Assembly: GCA_041666845.1 (NCBI GenBank)
Contig: JBAYGC010000003.1
Location: forward strand, 25,007 to 89,006
Direction of reading: 5' to 3'
Length of the DNA stretch: 64,000 nucleotides
From: Patescibacteria group bacterium
Lineage (GTDB): Bacteria; Patescibacteriota; Patescibacteriia; UM-FILTER-42-10
Position 1 is the first letter of the stretch, and the number at the start of each line of letters is the position of its first letter. The notes under the pieces were generated by a model. That model did not search any database, was not told the DNA's origin, and saw nothing but the letters and a program-made list of their open reading frames with translations. The translations under genes and the position numbers were made by a program. Shown here piece after piece: positions 1-7,932 of this stretch.

Positions 1-39
1 TACGAGGTTCGTTTCAAACTAAAATAAAATCGTTTGTAT

Positions 40-429
40 TTAATTAATCTCTAATCCCCTTTTCAGATTATCTAAAATTCTAAATATCATTTCAATAAAC
101 TTTGTATCTTTGCTATAATGCTGTGCAATATGTGGATAATATCTTGCATTACGACTTTTGTCTTTCAAACTTTTATAATTCTTATATATTACTGGTTTAC
201 TACTAAAACTACTGGCGATCTCCTTTTCAAATTGCATATAATTACTACAAATCTCTTTTCCAGGTGGCAATTTGGAATATATATAATGAAGTGCTGAATA
301 GAAAGAAATTGTAACAACCCAATCTAATTGGTTTGATCCAATAGTCACCAATGCATTAGCTAGACGTTCATTATGTCTTGCCTGAACAAGATGTTCATCT
401 GGTGTAAATGGATGTAGCTTTGCAACCAT
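40..429 (-). CDS. hypothetical protein; C-terminal R-x6-H (RNARYYPH) suggests a possible HEPN-like fold; in a very AT-rich islet
   Basis: Six-frame ORF of 129 aa. GC content of bases 1-800 (about 27%) is well below the window average of about 40%. No recognisable catalytic family beyond the Rx4-6H-like motif. Confidence 0.3.
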   Translation of the reverse strand: MVAKLHPFTPDEHLVQARHNERLANALVTIGSNQLDWVVTISFYSALHYIYSKLPPGKEICSNYMQFEKEIASSFSSKPVIYKNYKSLKDKSRNARYYPHIAQHYSKDTKFIEMIFRILDNLKRGLEIN

Positions 430-431
430 AT

Positions 432-722
432 TTACGCTGGCTTATATATAGTATAGTTACTTGGAACAATACTCTTAATTGGAAATTTGAATATTGGTGA
501 CAGTTTAAATTTAATATTATAAAGGGGATATTTCTTTATTGTTTTAAACTCTGCAGTGTAAATCTTATCCTCCAATTTTTCATCATAATCATCTATTAAT
601 GTAAATATTTCTATTGTATTAAAATCTATCTTATAATAAATACGAGGTCTTTTTGACCTAACAATATTACCAGAAATCTGGGTATAAAAATCTTTTAGAA
701 TTCTATTATTTTCCTCAGACAT
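432..722 (-). CDS. hypothetical small protein, probably co-transcribed with and upstream of 40..429 (2-bp gap)
   Basis: ORF of 96 aa, K/Y/I-rich, tightly coupled to the downstream ORF; together they form a two-gene module in AT-rich DNA. Confidence 0.3.
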   Translation of the reverse strand: MSEENNRILKDFYTQISGNIVRSKRPRIYYKIDFNTIEIFTLIDDYDEKLEDKIYTAEFKTIKKYPLYNIKFKLSPIFKFPIKSIVPSNYTIYKPA

Positions 723-813
723 AATTACCTCATACTCATTATACCATTAATAACTATCCACTTTATCCACAATCAAGTTATTTGTCAAATCATCCACCCT
801 AACACACATTTAT

Positions 814-1215
814 TTACTTGTTAACTTCCCTCTTCCACAAAACAGGGCCGATGGCGACACCGATAAATATCAAGTAAGCGCTCCACTGCCCGAACACCAC
901 CCCGGTCGTGCCGTTGCCGATCGTCACAACTAGTAGCATCACGACAATCATTAAAGACCAGATGATGCCGTAAGTCAGCGCGTGCCTGGCGGTTTCAATC
1001 GGCATTTTCCGGGAAACCCAGCCGGAGCAGAAAGTCATGGCGACAGCGATTACCAGTCCGACCCACCATGAATTTTCAAACGGCGTTTCCGACTGAGTGA
1101 TCATGGACATGATAAACAGCAGGACATTCACCAGAACATACAGTAATAATCCCCAGCCGAAAATTCTAAGAAATATTTTTCTGCGCATAGATATAGAGTT
1201 TAGTTGATTAATCAC
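814..1215 (-). CDS. hypothetical integral membrane protein (3-4 TM helices); GC-rich (~50%) relative to neighbours
   Basis: ORF of 133 aa with hydrophobic segments (LLLYVLVNVLLFIMSMI, VGLVIAVAMTF, WSLMIVVMLLVV). Its composition differs sharply from flanking DNA. Confidence 0.45.
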   Translation of the reverse strand: MINQLNSISMRRKIFLRIFGWGLLLYVLVNVLLFIMSMITQSETPFENSWWVGLVIAVAMTFCSGWVSRKMPIETARHALTYGIIWSLMIVVMLLVVTIGNGTTGVVFGQWSAYLIFIGVAIGPVLWKREVNK

Positions 1216-1372
1216 CTATTCCCCTATCTATGCTAATCATACGCCTAAATTGCCGAAAAAGAAAAATCTATCCAATTTGCCAAACCAAAAACCCAGCTAT
1301 TGCTGAAGTATCGGGACTCCTTCACCCGTATTCACGGGTTCGGAGTGGTTGCCGTTATTTTAGGGTTGCTGT

Positions 1373-1795
1373 TTATTTCAGTTCTTCCAGATAAGTTTTA
1401 ATAAAATTAGCGGTAGCCGTAATTGTTTCTGCTTTTGCCCCGCGCGGACTTTGTGCCACCCACATGGCAAAATTGTACAGTTCCGTATTATCCACCTTCA
1501 GCCACCTGTTGTTCATAAATAAGAAAGCCATCAATATTGTCATCGCTATTCTTTTATTGCCGTTTCTAAACGGATGATTCTTGATCAGTAAATAAAAAAG
1601 TACCGCCGCTTGCGTATTGATTCCTTTGTATAACGGCCTTTTGTTATATGTCTGAAAAGGCGTCTCCAAACAGCTCTCCAGGATATTGGGAAATCTGGTG
1701 GAAAATGCGGGTATCGGTTCATCATATGCCATCATTTCCTTCGCCAGTCTATAGGCGAGGTACTCTATTTCCATTAATGACAGTGTTTTGGTCAT
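1373..1795 (-). CDS. doc: Doc toxin (Fic/Doc family, death-on-curing type II toxin)
   Basis: Contains the Doc/Fic signature HPFRNGNKR (HxFx[DN][AG]NKR); ~140 aa, typical Doc length. Its ATG overlaps the TGA stop of the upstream HTH gene (ATGA at 1792-1795). Confidence 0.75.
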   Translation of the reverse strand: MTKTLSLMEIEYLAYRLAKEMMAYDEPIPAFSTRFPNILESCLETPFQTYNKRPLYKGINTQAAVLFYLLIKNHPFRNGNKRIAMTILMAFLFMNNRWLKVDNTELYNFAMWVAQSPRGAKAETITATANFIKTYLEELK

Positions 1796-2046
1796 GTGTT
1801 ACCAAGTAATCTTAATGTTTCACCATACTCTTTCACAACCTTCTTTACCGCTTTATTCACAACATCCTTTTCACTATCCTCTAAAGTATCTTTGAATACA
1901 CCCTTGAACTGATTTCTGCTTACCACAAAATTCCGGCCGATTTTTTCGGCCTTTATTTCACCCCTTTTGATCCGATTAAATACAGCTACCCGGCTAATCC
2001 CGAGCATTTCCGCAACTTCAGTAGTAGATAATAAGTCTTTATTCAT
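1792..2046 (-). CDS. HTH (excisionase/MerR-like helix-turn-helix) DNA-binding protein; putative antitoxin of the Doc module
   Basis: N-terminal motif TTEVAEMLGISRVAVFNRIKRGEIKAEKIGRNFVV is typical of HTH_17/excisionase-family binders. 84 aa, translationally coupled to doc. A palindromic operator sits just upstream. Confidence 0.6.
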   Translation of the reverse strand: MNKDLLSTTEVAEMLGISRVAVFNRIKRGEIKAEKIGRNFVVSRNQFKGVFKDTLEDSEKDVVNKAVKKVVKEYGETLRLLGNT

Positions 2047-2062
2047 AATATAATTTATTATT

Positions 2063-2103
2063 GTTAACTTAATAATATAATGTTAACATATGTTAATATT
2101 ATA
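2063..2103 (-). promoter_or_regulatory. putative promoter/operator of the HTH-doc operon: -10 TATAAT (2103->2098), 14-bp perfect palindrome TTAACATATGTTAA (2083-2096) and a second GTTAAC (2063-2068)
   Basis: Seen directly in sequence ~40-60 nt upstream of the HTH start (2046). TA antitoxins typically bind palindromic operators overlapping their own promoter. Confidence 0.45.
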
Positions 2104-2139
2104 GTCAATAGTTATCAATAATCTATACTCCCCCAAACC

Positions 2140-2168
2140 AAAAACCCATCCCGCGGACGCGGGACGGG
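2140..2168 (-). terminator. rho-independent terminator (stem CCCGCGTCCGCGGG + T-run on the minus strand)
   Basis: GC hairpin followed by a T-tract in minus orientation, downstream of rplL. Confidence 0.6.
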
Positions 2169-2189
2169 CATTGGCTTATTTCTTAATAG

Positions 2190-2213
2190 AAAAACACCCC
2201 TCGTAAGGGGCGT
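2190..2213 (-). terminator. rho-independent terminator (stem CCCCTTACGAGGGG + TTTTTCT on the minus strand)
   Basis: Second hairpin with T-tract downstream of rplL; together these form tandem terminators at the end of the rplJL operon. Confidence 0.6.
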
Positions 2214-2269
2214 CTTCCTTAGTTCTAAAAAGAGCAAACAATATAATATTAATTTCCGAGTTTCAGATA

Positions 2270-2366
2270 TTCCCTGAGCGAATCCCGTTCCCCGATCAAG
2301 TCGAGGACAAGTTTTGCGGGATGAGTCGAAGGGTGTAAACACTACAGTCCTTCGACGAGCTCAGGA
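2270..2366 (-). repeat. copy A of a ~90-100 bp palindromic repeat element (core: GTcCTGAGC..TCGAAGGAC..CTTCGA..CTCAGGGaATA), located in the rplL 3'UTR
   Basis: Shares termini and internal inverted repeats with copies at 3459-3544 and 13704-13804 in the same orientation (checked by eye). Confidence 0.6.
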
Positions 2367-2394
2367 CATATTACCTTTTCCCCAGTGACAGTAT

Positions 2395-2838
2395 CTATTT
2401 TAATGTTGCTGTTCCGCCAGCTGCTTCAATCTTCTTCTTGATTTCTTCTGCTTCTTCCTTTGGTACGCCTTCTTTAATAACCTTTGGCGCGCCGTCAACT
2501 AGATCCTTGGCTTCTTTCAAGCCTTTTTCTGTAACTTCTCTTACTACTTTGATTACGTTGATTTTGCTGTCACCGGTTGTGGTCAGTTCCACATCAAATG
2601 AAGATTTCTCTTCTGCTGCTTCGCCGGCTTCGGCTGCTGGCATTGCTCCCATCATCATTGGAGCGGCTGCGGATACGCCGAATTTCTCTTCCAGGATTTT
2701 GACCAGTTCGGCCAGATCCAGAGCAGTCATCTGCTCTACTTCTTCCACGAGTTTTTTAAACTTCGCAGGAACCTCTACTGCTTTTTTCTCTCCTGAAGCT
2801 GCCTCTGCTGGAGCTTCTTTCTTTACTTCTTCTGTCAT
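2395..2838 (-). CDS. rplL: 50S ribosomal protein L7/L12 (with ~20-aa N-terminal K/E/A-rich extension)
   Basis: Motifs [19 protein letters not shown] and the C-terminal domain [38 protein letters not shown] are diagnostic. Confidence 0.9.
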   Translation of the reverse strand: MTEEVKKEAPAEAASGEKKAVEVPAKFKKLVEEVEQMTALDLAELVKILEEKFGVSAAAPMMMGAMPAAEAGEAAEEKSSFDVELTTTGDSKINVIKVVREVTEKGLKEAKDLVDGAPKVIKEGVPKEEAEEIKKKIEAAGGTATLK

Positions 2839-2890
2839 TTTTTTATTCCTTAATTAATGGCTTATTAAATAAATTGATTGATTACCATGG

Positions 2891-2918
2891 ATTCCCGCCT
2901 TCGCGGGAATGACATTTT
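2891..2918. repeat. REP-like small hairpin ATTCCCGC-CTTC-GCGGGAAT followed by GACATTT in the rplJ-rplL spacer
   Basis: Perfect 8-bp stem. Related GCGGGAATGAC / GAGAATGAC hairpins occur at 4440-4515 and 32153-32172. Confidence 0.45.
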
Positions 2919-2919
2919 A

Positions 2920-3444
2920 TTATGCTTTTTGCTCTTTAATGGCGTTTAGCGCATAGATGAACCCGCGCATATTGCCCTGCAGAACATTGACGATACCGAC
3001 CAGCGGTGCACGCAGACTACCGACGACCTGTGCCAATAGCTGTTCACGGCTCGGCAGGTTCGCCAGTTCCATTACTTTCGCCTGTTCTATATAACTGCCT
3101 TCCAGTATTCCGCCCAGGATCTGCAAAGTAACATTGTCTTTTTGGAATTTCTTCAGGATTCTGGCTGGAGCGACTTCGTCTTTGAAACCCATTGCAACTG
3201 CAATCTGCCCGTCCAAACCTTTGATATCCATTCCCTCAAGCTTCACTTCATCCAAAGCCCGCTTGATCAGGGTCTTTTTCGCGACATTGCATTCTACTTC
3301 TTCATCGCGGAGCAGTTGGCGCAAGTTTTCGAAACTCTTTACGTTTAAACCGGAATAGTTAATAAAAACAGCGGATTTCATTCCCGAAAGCCTCTCTACC
3401 AGTGTTTTTACTATTTCTTCCTTTTGTACTCGTGTTTTAGGCAT
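2920..3444 (-). CDS. rplJ: 50S ribosomal protein L10
   Basis: 174 aa, adjacent to and upstream of rplL in the conserved order; L10-like sequence (VFINYSGLNV..AKKTLIKRAL). Confidence 0.85.
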   Translation of the reverse strand: MPKTRVQKEEIVKTLVERLSGMKSAVFINYSGLNVKSFENLRQLLRDEEVECNVAKKTLIKRALDEVKLEGMDIKGLDGQIAVAMGFKDEVAPARILKKFQKDNVTLQILGGILEGSYIEQAKVMELANLPSREQLLAQVVGSLRAPLVGIVNVLQGNMRGFIYALNAIKEQKA

Positions 3445-3458
3445 GTTTTTTTCATTAT

Positions 3459-3544
3459 TCCCTGAGTGAAGTACCGCGCAAGCGGTACGTAATCGAAGGG
3501 TCTGGATTTTAATGTCCTTCGACTCACTTCGTTCGCTCAGGAAC
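3459..3544 (-). repeat. copy B of the palindromic repeat element, 15 nt upstream of the rplJ start codon (5'UTR)
   Basis: agttCCTGAGCGaacgaagtGAGTCGAAGGACatt..CCCTTCGAttac..cttcaCTCAGGGAATAATg in minus orientation. Termini are inverted repeats (ttccctgag / ctcaggaac). Confidence 0.6.
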
Positions 3545-3711
3545 TATTCATAATTAAAAAATCTGCGGTAATCACCACAGAAAAACAGCTTGTTTTGTAC
3601 CTCGGTAGGATTTACGGCCATTTTTGTGGCCACCTACTGTCTGTGGCGATATTTAGTTGTAATTCCCAGTTTACACTCTTAAAATAAATCGTCAAGTACC
3701 AATCAGGAAAT

Positions 3712-4395
3712 TTACCCGATTACCGTACCGGAAAACGGCTTTTTCTGCAAAAATCGTTTAAAGTTAGCCAAATTAGTGCCTTTCATCACCACCACCCGGA
3801 TCCCCGCTTTTTCTGCCCTCTTGGCAGCTACGGGATCAAACGGGGCGTTCATTCCCGGTACATATTTACCCCCGATTACTTTTTTGAACTCCTGCCAGGT
3901 CATCACTCCGATTCGCTTAGCGTCTTTGTATTTCCGGGGATCTTTGTCATAAACATGGGAAATATTGGAAAGATTGACCACGGTCTTGGCACCATACTGT
4001 TCCGCCAGAATCACCGCATCCAGATCGGAAGATGAGCCGGGTACATAGCCGGAGCCGATGATTATTTTCTTTTTGGTATTAATTTTCCGGTGGGGATTAT
4101 CTAATACTTTTTCGTAAGCCAGCGTGCCGAAGATTACCCTGATTAGTTCTGCATTCAACTTCGTGGCGGAGATTCCCAGCCAGTCCAGATTATCAGGAGA
4201 TACTTTAGTAACCTTTTCCGCGGCGGCGTTATATTTCCGGCAGACCTTCCCTCCTCCGGCTACAATAACGATCTTGGAATACTTGCTTTGATTTTTAATA
4301 ATCAGCTCACGGAATTTTTTCAGGAATACCCAGTTCACTTCATCAGGAACTATGATTGATCCGCCCAGGGAGATTATGACTGATTTTTTTTTCAT
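3712..4395 (-). CDS. pyrH: UMP kinase, archaeal-type amino-acid-kinase family
   Basis: 227 aa. Motifs VIISLGGSII..IVIVAGGGKVCRKY and GSGYVPGSSSDLDA match the glycine-rich loops of the aspartokinase/UMP-kinase fold. Confidence 0.6.
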   Translation of the reverse strand: MKKKSVIISLGGSIIVPDEVNWVFLKKFRELIIKNQSKYSKIVIVAGGGKVCRKYNAAAEKVTKVSPDNLDWLGISATKLNAELIRVIFGTLAYEKVLDNPHRKINTKKKIIIGSGYVPGSSSDLDAVILAEQYGAKTVVNLSNISHVYDKDPRKYKDAKRIGVMTWQEFKKVIGGKYVPGMNAPFDPVAAKRAEKAGIRVVVMKGTNLANFKRFLQKKPFSGTVIG

Positions 4396-4551
4396 AATTG
4401 TGTTTTTTAATTCATGGCAACTCTAAACAAATTCATCATTATTTACTTGTCATTCCGTACTTGATACGGAATCTAGTTGGAATGTAGATTCCCGGGTCAA
4501 GCCCGAGAATGACATTTTTGGGAAAACCGAATTTGTTTAGAGTAATGTTAA

Positions 4552-5601
4552 TCAATCTAAATATTTTGCTTTATTTTGCAGATGCTCGTCATAGGTCTTG
4601 CTGAATACTGTGGTGCCATCTTCTTTGGTTAAGAAATATAAATAGTCGCTGTCCTCTGGATAAATGGTAGCCACGATCGAATCCATCCCCGGATTGGAAA
4701 TCGGTCCCGGTGGCAGTCCCCGGTTCTCGTAAGTGTTGTATGGATTTTGAATTTCCGTATCGGCAAAAGTCGGTTGCAATGCACTTTTGCCCGTAATGTA
4801 GTTTACCGTCGCATCAGACTCCAGCGGAATTTCGTTTGCCATGCGCGTATAAAATATTCCGGCTGCTATTTTCTTATCCGCGGTCGTGCGCACTTCTTTT
4901 TCCACGATACTGGCTAAAGTAATAATATCATAAATAGTTTTTCCCTGACGTGAAATTTCGTCCCGCATCTCCTGTGTGAGCTTCACATCAAAGTTGTCCA
5001 GCATTTTTTCGATCAGGTGCGCCGGGTCAGAGTTTTTAAAAATACGGTAAGTGTCCGGAAAGAGAAATCCCTCCAGCCCCTGATCCACCGGCTTGCTCGA
5101 AAGGAAGTCGTAGGTTTTGTCCGGAATGATTGAATGTGAATCAACAGTATTCACGACCGTTAAAAATTCATCAATATATTCGCTTTTGGATATTTTTCCG
5201 TCAGCCTCGGCAAAATCCGCCATGTATGTCGCAATCTCGGTACTGGACCAGCCTTCCACAATTGTTACCAGTCGTTCCCTGGACAGTGCGTCGCCGGACA
5301 CCAGCAGATTTGCCAGCTCCATCATGTTCAGATTCTGCGGAATATAATAATCCCCTGCCTTCAACTTGCTTTCATAATGTTTGAGCCAGATATAAGTGCG
5401 GAATATAAAATCATTTCTGCTCAGACCCTCCGTCTCCAGATTAGCACTGATTTTTTTTACACCTTCGCCGGATTCAATGATAAAAAGTTTTGCCTCAGCA
5501 TCGCTGGTTGCTTTGGCATTGATCTGATAATTAAAATAAAACAAGCCGGCCAAGCCGATAAGTATTATGATGCTGATAATAAAGAGTACAATTTTTTTCA
5601 T
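4552..5601 (-). CDS. mltG: endolytic murein transglycosylase MltG (YceG family)
   Basis: N-terminal TM anchor, conserved GLPPGPISNPG block and YceG-like length (349 aa). Confidence 0.8.
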   Translation of the reverse strand: MKKIVLFIISIIILIGLAGLFYFNYQINAKATSDAEAKLFIIESGEGVKKISANLETEGLSRNDFIFRTYIWLKHYESKLKAGDYYIPQNLNMMELANLLVSGDALSRERLVTIVEGWSSTEIATYMADFAEADGKISKSEYIDEFLTVVNTVDSHSIIPDKTYDFLSSKPVDQGLEGFLFPDTYRIFKNSDPAHLIEKMLDNFDVKLTQEMRDEISRQGKTIYDIITLASIVEKEVRTTADKKIAAGIFYTRMANEIPLESDATVNYITGKSALQPTFADTEIQNPYNTYENRGLPPGPISNPGMDSIVATIYPEDSDYLYFLTKEDGTTVFSKTYDEHLQNKAKYLD

Positions 5602-5678
5602 CCCGTTAGAAATTCCTGTATTTAGTAATAAAATATATTCCCGTATCCCACCCGTTAGTAATGATAATTTCTAACGGG
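5602..5678 (-). promoter_or_regulatory. 5' leader of mltG carrying the inverted repeat CCCGTTAGAAATT ... AATTTCTAACGGG (plus an internal CCCGTTAG), ending directly at the ATG
   Basis: Half-sites at 5602-5614, 5651-5658 and 5666-5678; the same architecture is found at asnS (52565-52656). Confidence 0.45.
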
Positions 5679-5729
5679 ATTCATCCGATATTAATTTCTA
5701 GATTAATTATAAATGATATTCTCTAACGT

Positions 5730-6818
5730 TTATAGGTATTTTTCGTTCTCTTTGTTCTTCTGCAATTCTTCTACAATCTTCTTCGCTTCATCCGACCGTT
5801 CTCTGGGGCACACCAGCAGTGCGTCATCCGTATCAATAATCACCATGTCATCCAGACCAATGGTGGCAATAACTTTATCTTTATTTCCGTAGATCATGCA
5901 GTCGGTAGTGTCCATGGGTATTACATTTCCTTTTACTAAATTGTCACCCTGATTGTTTGGTAATAGATCTTTGATCGTATGCCATTTGCCCAGATCGCTC
6001 CAGCCGATTCGATTGGAAACACACATCGCTATTTTTTCTGCCTTGTCGGTGATGGCAGTTTCGATCGACATTTTTTCCAGCGCAGAATATATTTCAGCAA
6101 TCTTCTCTTCCTGTCCACCAAGTTTCAAAAGCTCCACAATCTCCCGGCACGCTTCCAGTATTGCCGGCTGGTATTTTTCAAATAATTTAATAATTGTTGA
6201 GAGTTGCCAGATGTACATGCCGGTGTGGTAGAAGTAACGGCCGGAAGCAATCAGCTCTTTGCAATAATCCAGATCCGGCTTCTCCACCCAGTCCGCAACT
6301 TTAAATATCGCTTCTTCCCCTTTTTCCTGCAGTACGTCTCCGGATTTAATATAACTGTATCCGGTGTCCGGGTAGTTCGGTTTGATCCCCGGCGTCATAA
6401 TGTATTCCGGATTTTCTTTCAGGAAAATTTCCGCGGTCTGAAGCAAAGTTCGGAAAGCTTCCGGGTCGGTGATGTAATCATCAGACGGCAAACTGGCGAC
6501 TACTTCATGATCCGAAAACCGCTCCGCGATCAGAACGCTCTCCAGACAAATCGCCGGTCCAGTATTCTTGCTGGCGGATTCCGGAATAATATTTTTTTCG
6601 GAAACATTCGGCAAATATTTTTTTACCAGATGCTTCACCGATTCATTGACTGAAATAAAAAGATCGTCCTCAATATTTATTAAAGGGGCGATTCTGTCTT
6701 GTGTGTCCTGAATTAAAGCTTTGTCGCTGGCGATTGCCTGAAACTGTTTCGGATTATTTTTTCTGCTGAGAGGCCACAGCCTGGTACCTACTCCGCCGGC
6801 GCGAATAACTATCTTCAT
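5730..6818 (-). CDS. manC: mannose-1-phosphate guanylyltransferase (sugar nucleotidyltransferase, GDP-mannose pyrophosphorylase-like)
   Basis: N-terminal IRAGGVGTRLWPLSR nucleotidyltransferase motif; 362 aa, ManC/CpsB-like. Confidence 0.7.
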   Translation of the reverse strand: MKIVIRAGGVGTRLWPLSRKNNPKQFQAIASDKALIQDTQDRIAPLINIEDDLFISVNESVKHLVKKYLPNVSEKNIIPESASKNTGPAICLESVLIAERFSDHEVVASLPSDDYITDPEAFRTLLQTAEIFLKENPEYIMTPGIKPNYPDTGYSYIKSGDVLQEKGEEAIFKVADWVEKPDLDYCKELIASGRYFYHTGMYIWQLSTIIKLFEKYQPAILEACREIVELLKLGGQEEKIAEIYSALEKMSIETAITDKAEKIAMCVSNRIGWSDLGKWHTIKDLLPNNQGDNLVKGNVIPMDTTDCMIYGNKDKVIATIGLDDMVIIDTDDALLVCPRERSDEAKKIVEELQKNKENEKYL

Positions 6819-6857
6819 GTGATTAGTTTAATTAGCAGTGAATAATTATTATTAATA

Positions 6858-6981
6858 AATTCTAAACCCTAAGCCCTAAATCCTAAATAAATTACAAACG
6901 GTATTGCTTTTCTCGATTTGTAAATTGCGATTTGAAATTTTGGATATTATTTGGAGTTTAGAATTTAGGATTTAGAATTTT
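6858..6981. repeat. imperfect ~30-bp inverted repeats built from degenerate CCCTAA/TCCTAAAT units flanking a nested palindrome (ATTACAAA..TTTGTAAT)
   Basis: aaattctaaaccctaagccctaaatcctaaat at 6858-6889 versus reverse complement of atttggagtttagaatttaggatttagaattt at 6950-6981. Lies in the intergenic region between pcm and manC. Confidence 0.4.
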
Positions 6982-6989
6982 TCAAAACA

Positions 6990-7616
6990 TTATCCTTCTC
7001 TATCAGAGATCAGCGGTACAAACTGGAAACCGGGATAACTTTTGGTTTTGATTTTATCCGGCGCCTGTTTTTCCACCACCACGATATCCTGCACGGCATC
7101 GCCGATCGGAATTACCAGTTTACCACCCACCTTCAATTGGTCAATCAGTGCCTGCGGAATTTCCCGCGCTGCCGCCGCCACGATTATTTTGTCATAAGGC
7201 GCGTATGCCCTCAGACCCTTCGACCCGTCACCGTACGTATGGGTGATATTGATAAATTTATATTTCTTAAGATTCTCTTCCCCGAATTTTTTCAGTTCTT
7301 CAATTCGCTCAATGGCGTACACGTGCCCCTGATCACCGACTATTTCAGCCAGTAGTGCGGTCTGCCAGCCGGACCCGGAACCCACATCCAGTATCCTTTC
7401 TCCTGCTTCCGGCTCCAAAACCTCCAACATAAAAGCCACCGTCATCGGCTGGGAGTTGGTTTGTCCATGCCCGATATGCAAAGGGGCGTTAACCGCCTCC
7501 TTGTCTTTCATGTTTTCCGGCAGAAAATCACGTCTTTTTACCCTATAAAAGGCATTAATTATCTCGGGATTACGCAAATAGCCCTGTCCAATCAGGTCTT
7601 TTACCAGGTTCTCCAT
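6990..7616 (-). CDS. pcm: protein-L-isoaspartate O-methyltransferase
   Basis: SAM-binding motif ILDVGSGSGWQTALLAEIVG and PCMT-like N-terminus (LIGQGYLRNPEI..FYRVKRRDFLP). The ORF extends to 7706, but the ATG at 7616 (MENLVKDL) fits PCMT family N-termini. Confidence 0.8.
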   Translation of the reverse strand: MENLVKDLIGQGYLRNPEIINAFYRVKRRDFLPENMKDKEAVNAPLHIGHGQTNSQPMTVAFMLEVLEPEAGERILDVGSGSGWQTALLAEIVGDQGHVYAIERIEELKKFGEENLKKYKFINITHTYGDGSKGLRAYAPYDKIIVAAAAREIPQALIDQLKVGGKLVIPIGDAVQDIVVVEKQAPDKIKTKSYPGFQFVPLISDREG

Positions 7617-7772
7617 GGTTGTTTTATGCATGAATATCATATTCATATGTATGCTTAGTTTATCATCTTTTCGTGAAAAATAGAAATAAAAGAAAAAGTT
7701 ATCCACAGGTCATCAATATTGGCTAATATATAGTTAAAATTAGCTATATTTATCCAGATCAAATCGATTATG

Positions 7773-7801
7773 TTGACATTTTATATATGTTGTGCCATAA
7801 T
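7773..7801 (+). promoter_or_regulatory. sigma70-like promoter P1 of the giant surface-protein gene (TTGACA-17-CATAAT)
   Basis: TTGACA 7773-7778, 17-nt spacer, CATAAT 7796-7801. Confidence 0.4.
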
Positions 7802-7804
7802 CTA

Positions 7805-7832
7805 TTGACAAATTTTGTAATTGTGCTATATA
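7805..7832 (+). promoter_or_regulatory. sigma70-like promoter P2 (TTGACA-16-TATATA with TG extension)
   Basis: TTGACA 7805-7810; tgcTATATA 7824-7832; about 100 nt upstream of the ATG at 7933. Confidence 0.4.
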
Positions 7833-7932
7833 TAGCATGTTACTAAAAATATAAAACTCTGCCTGGCGACCGCTAGAAGTTACCGGCAGTACTTGAAAAA
7901 TAAATAATCTAATCATTAGCACTAACCACACA

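Noticed and set aside
2115-2342. 75-aa ORF on the minus strand between rplL and the HTH gene
   Set aside because: It spans the two terminator hairpins and repeat copy A, and the translation is proline/arginine-rich nonsense. Regarded as non-coding.
3459-3544. Interpretation of repeat copy B as the classical L10 (rplJ) autoregulatory leader
   Set aside because: The position fits, but near-identical elements occur in the rplL 3'UTR and in front of an adhesin gene. A repeat or MITE explanation is more parsimonious, although a regulatory role is not excluded.
7740-7931. 63-aa ORF on the minus strand upstream of the first giant gene
   Set aside because: It overlaps the tandem promoter region of the giant gene, is AT-rich and has no supporting signal.
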